This document shows positions 61,701 through 64,000 of a DNA stretch of 64,000 nt, piece by piece. The translations under genes were made by a program, and so were the position numbers. The first letter of the stretch is position 1. Every line of letters begins with the position of its first letter. This stretch comes from Diadema antillarum (Eukaryota), in contig NW_027271030.1 in assembly GCF_040938485.1 (NCBI RefSeq), positions 1,364,001-1,428,000 of the forward strand. Reading direction: 5' to 3'. The notes below the pieces were generated by a model. The model had not been told where the DNA came from. It saw only the letters and a list, made by a program, of their open reading frames with translations, and did no database searches.

Positions 61701-62030
61701 TTAGCAGTAATGCGGTAATGAAAAGATCATCAATAGAGTAGCCATGGTTACCTATAGTGCAGTAACTAACAGGCAGGACAGGTGGAAAATATCCCCTTGT
61801 CACTTTCTTCCAGCGGTCAAGGGTAGTCAATGCCTATGAATTTATTTTTTCCTCATTTTCTTTCCATGTGGCGTCATTTTTGGCAGGTGCCATGGCGGAA
61901 AGGACAAAGCTCGAGGCTTACTGCGTGTTCTCCATGGTGAATACCCTAGTCTACTGCTTCCCAGCGCACTGGGTGTGGGCAGAAACGGGACTGTTCCGTG
62001 AGATGGGTGCCGTTGACATAGCAGGAGCAG
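31129..62030 (+). CDS. amt: Ammonium transporter paralog 'Amt-B', 5' part (exons 31129-31315, 46061-46216, 46721-46831, 61887-62030); continues beyond the window
   Basis: Four phase-1 GT-AG junctions join to MGTPT...SWDDATWILTSAFVIFTMQSG/FGLLESGMVSRKNEVNIMVKNAVDVIFGGLTYWMFGYGFSFGVDEGTNKFCG/VGHFFTDSVNEDELGWIFAQFVFQASFATTATTIVSG/AMAERTKLEAYCVFSMVNTLVYCFPAHWVWAETGLFREMGAVDIAGAG, collinear with Amt-A exon 1. Introns 14745, 504 and 15055 bp. Confidence 0.95.
32866..33020. repeat. Degenerate (CTA)n microsatellite
   Basis: Directly visible. Confidence 0.9.
35000..35391. mobile_element. Kolobok-like MITE family K3
   Basis: TTAA|AGGGGTGGTATAGTTCTGGTTGAGATGGGG ... CCCCATCTCAACCAAAACTACACCATCC|TTAA. 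Confidence 0.82.
35837..36300. mobile_element. Dispersed repeat, copy 2 (inverted), with an extra central hairpin
   Basis: Matches 14660-14974 in the opposite orientation; additionally carries CCACCCTCAGGGTTTGAAATGCTATT...AATAGCATTTCAAACCCTCCGGGTGG. Confidence 0.8.
38821..39651 (-). mobile_element. Non-autonomous Helitron/Helentron-like element (TGACCTTTGACC type)
   Basis: On -, ends with hairpin TGTCGCCATAGCGACA then TTTCTATAGTT; the other end has hairpin ATGCCTCCG...CAGAGGCAT; subterminal ATGCCTC/GAGGCAT inverted pair; many internal TGACCTTTGACC motifs. Confidence 0.65.
42189..42571. mobile_element. Kolobok-like MITE family K3 (best-preserved termini)
   Basis: TTAA|AGGGACTGTACAG...GTTGAGATGGGG ... 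CCTCACCTCAACCAGAACTGTACAGTCCCT|TTAA; largely palindromic body. Confidence 0.88.
43224..43334. mobile_element. Mini TIR element with 3-bp TSD (Harbinger-like)
   Basis: AAT|AGGCGTTTTCACATCAGCTCGAT ... ATCGGGCTGATGTGAAAACGCCT|AAT. Confidence 0.8.
44261..44455. mobile_element. CAGGGGCGGATCCAG-type MITE with G-runs, 5-bp TSD
   Basis: ATAAC|CAGGGGCGGATCCAG ... CTGGATCCGCCACTG|ATAAC. Confidence 0.85.
45170..45870. repeat. Degenerate (CTA/CCA)n microsatellite spanning an assembly gap
   Basis: Directly visible; gap at 45527-45760. Confidence 0.85.
46061..46216 (+). CDS. amt: Amt-B exon 2
   Basis: gaacag|GGTTTGGG...TGTG|gtaaga; FGLLESG...TNKFC. Confidence 0.95.
46721..46831 (+). CDS. amt: Amt-B exon 3
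   Basis: gtacag|GTGTTGGA...TCCG|gtaaga; VGHFF...FQASFATTATTIVS. Confidence 0.95.
47276..48946 (-). mobile_element. Non-autonomous Helitron/Helentron-like element with an internal tandem duplication (contains an assembly gap)
   Basis: On -, 3' end is GCCGCCTTTGACGGC hairpin + CCCTCT + CTAG|TTT; subTIR ACCCACGCC (47306-47314) / GGCGTGGGT (48931-48939); hairpin GCCGATTTTCATCGGC at 48918-48933. Confidence 0.65.
47725..48416 (+). repeat. Near-perfect tandem duplication, 2 x 346 bp
   Basis: Units 47725-48070 and 48071-48416 both begin ATATCAAAGGTCGTATGAG and end GAAAAATCATCAA; only a few mismatches seen. Confidence 0.92.
59128..59454. mobile_element. TIR MITE with 6-bp TSD
   Basis: GCTACG|CAGAGACTCCAAC ... 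GTTGGAGTCTCTG|GCTACG; internal CTCCCG/CGGGAG hairpin motifs. Confidence 0.85.
61887..62030 (+). CDS. amt: Amt-B exon 4
   Basis: tggcag|GTGCCATG...GCAG|gtgagt; AMAERTKLEAY...DIAGA. Confidence 0.95.
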
Positions 62031-63334
62031 GTGAGTGCAATGATGATGAAGTAATGGTATGATTATGTTGGTGATATGATTAATAAAACGGATGGCAGTG
62101 ATGCTAAGAATGAAAAATAAGAAATGGCACTGACTGCAATGGTTGCGGCTATGATGAAGATTATCCAAAATCGCTCTTCATGATCGTGACTTTTAATGTT
62201 GATAGTAAAAGGAAAAGATACGTCAGTAACAATGGTAATAAGAAATGGCGAAGTGCAAGAGGAGGACACAAGATGATGTTGAAGGAGGGGAAAAAAGAGG
62301 AGGAAATGAAGACTGGAATGATGAAGGTTGATGTGTGCTTGTGTGGTATAGAATTACGAATCATTGTATCTGTTTTAATCATTGTTTATAATAATATACA
62401 TTGCTGTTAGCTCTTATTATTGGTAGTAACGCCTTCTATGCCCGAATTAGTTTTTTTTTGTCTGCAATTTCTTTACTGGTTTATTTTGTAAAGTGGCAAA
62501 GGTTGTAACAATGATCTTAGTGTAATGTTTGCATACTGCTTGTGTGCATTTCACGTATACCAAGAGAAAAACTAATACAGAAGTTAAACCATATAAGAAT
62601 TCAAATACAGTAAATGATAATTACATTCATTCCTTCAAAAACAATTAAGTTTCGTTGACATGTTAATGACATCTGTGTCATTATAACATTAAGCCTATTT
62701 AGCATATCATATCCTCTCTCACAGCTGTATCCATACTGGGACTTTCCCTTTATTTTTTTAAATCTTTCCTCCACGATGTTCTTCACATATTGAATTCTGC
62801 CAGTCACTGCTGACATCAGTGGCGAGAATACGAGACCAGTTAATGTCAGAGCCGTTTATATCGACGTCCGAACACCTGTACACCAAAGTATCGGCCTCGA
62901 ATTATGATTAGAAACAAATTGATTGGAATGACTATTATTGCTACGATAAAAATTTAATGATATTAGTTCGTGGAAATTAGCCAGAATGGCTGGCAATTTG
63001 TAGACAGATAGCTTGACCACCTCGTTAGTCACAACTGATGAAATGAAATGAACTCTTCTGATGGAAATAAATAACAATATCAACAACTGAAAAGATATCA
63101 AAACGAGACAAGTAGGCTAATGGTGATGGGATGTATTTCAACTAATGCATTGACTGAGTATTTGACTCAAACCATTTATGGAACTGCGCTGCGGACAGAT
63201 ATGCAGAAATTCATGAACACGTGAATGTCAGTCATGCAGCAAAAAGACGAAGCCGTACTGACTGGGTCACGTGACTGGGTCTTCACTCTAATAATCCCCT
63301 ACCCATATTTTGTCTTGACTTTTCCCGAGATCTG

Positions 63335-63640
63335 GGGACCGTTTCATGAAACTTTTTGTCAGTGATTTACACTGACAACTGTTAAAAGCTACTGAAATCC
63401 TTGCGTCTGATTGGCTGATAGCAAATTTGTCGGTGAAAATCACTGACAAGTTGCTTCATGAAACACCCCCAGGGTACCGTTTCATGAAAGTTGTCAGCGC
63501 TGACAAGTTGTCAGTCTCTGACAATCACCATGATAACAGTCAGTGACCAGAGCATCTCAGCCAATCAAAACCAAGGATTTCACTGGAATTGTCGGAAACT
63601 GACAACTTGTCAGCGCTGACTAAATTGATGAAACACTCCC
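63335..63640. mobile_element. Two adjacent related Harbinger-like MITEs (63335-63469 and 63473-63640) separated by CAG
   Basis: CTG|GGGACCGTTTCATGAAA...TTCATGAAACACCCC|CAG|GGTACCGTTTCATGAAA...TTGATGAAACACTCCC|CAG; both bodies are palindromic with TTGTCAG/CTGACAA arms. Confidence 0.75.
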
Positions 63641-64000
63641 CAGATCAACGGGGTGGTGTGGAATTTTAACGCGTCGCTGATAAGAGCAAATCCGATTTCG
63701 ATCTCCCCTTGGACAAAGCCAAAGAGGAACTTCGAAACAAGTGACGTCAACATCACGTGATTTATGTGGCCATTTAAAAGTACCCTGTGGAAACCATGCC
63801 AGTTGCCTATATAAGACATTCAGTTTTGTTGGAATTGTCGTGAAATTTATAATGAAGCGCTTAGATGACTGATACGAGGTTTTGAATCATTAAATTTAAT
63901 TCCAAAACGACCACAGCATGATGTGTATTTACGAATTAGATGCGTATTAGATTTCGTGGAAAGCAACTATTTCCATGGCATGGTAGTGACAGTTTGTCAT

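Overview
AT-rich (microsatellite- and MITE-laden) intron-containing animal genomic DNA from a gapped scaffold with 7 N-runs; the repeat landscape and gene style suggest a marine invertebrate, probably an echinoderm (inference). I could reconstruct three spliced genes by hand from GT-AG sites and phase continuity. (1) The last five exons of a DEG/ENaC/ASIC-family channel on + (574-7891). (2) A complete six-exon ammonium transporter 'Amt-A' on - (25128-16593, 548 aa). (3) The first four exons of a paralogous, divergently transcribed ammonium transporter 'Amt-B' on + (31129-62030, continuing past the window). Amt-A has no introns across a 701-nt first exon in which Amt-B has four introns, two of them about 15 kb. 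The rest is non-autonomous mobile DNA: TTAA-flanked Kolobok-like MITEs (3 families), Harbinger-like and other TIR MITEs, Helitron/Helentron-like elements and a 5'-truncated RTE LINE, plus simple repeats. No rRNA, tRNA or CRISPR was seen. I do not see a clearly new biological system; the best leads are the head-to-head Amt pair with opposite gene architectures and the residue-level oddities in the channel and transporters.
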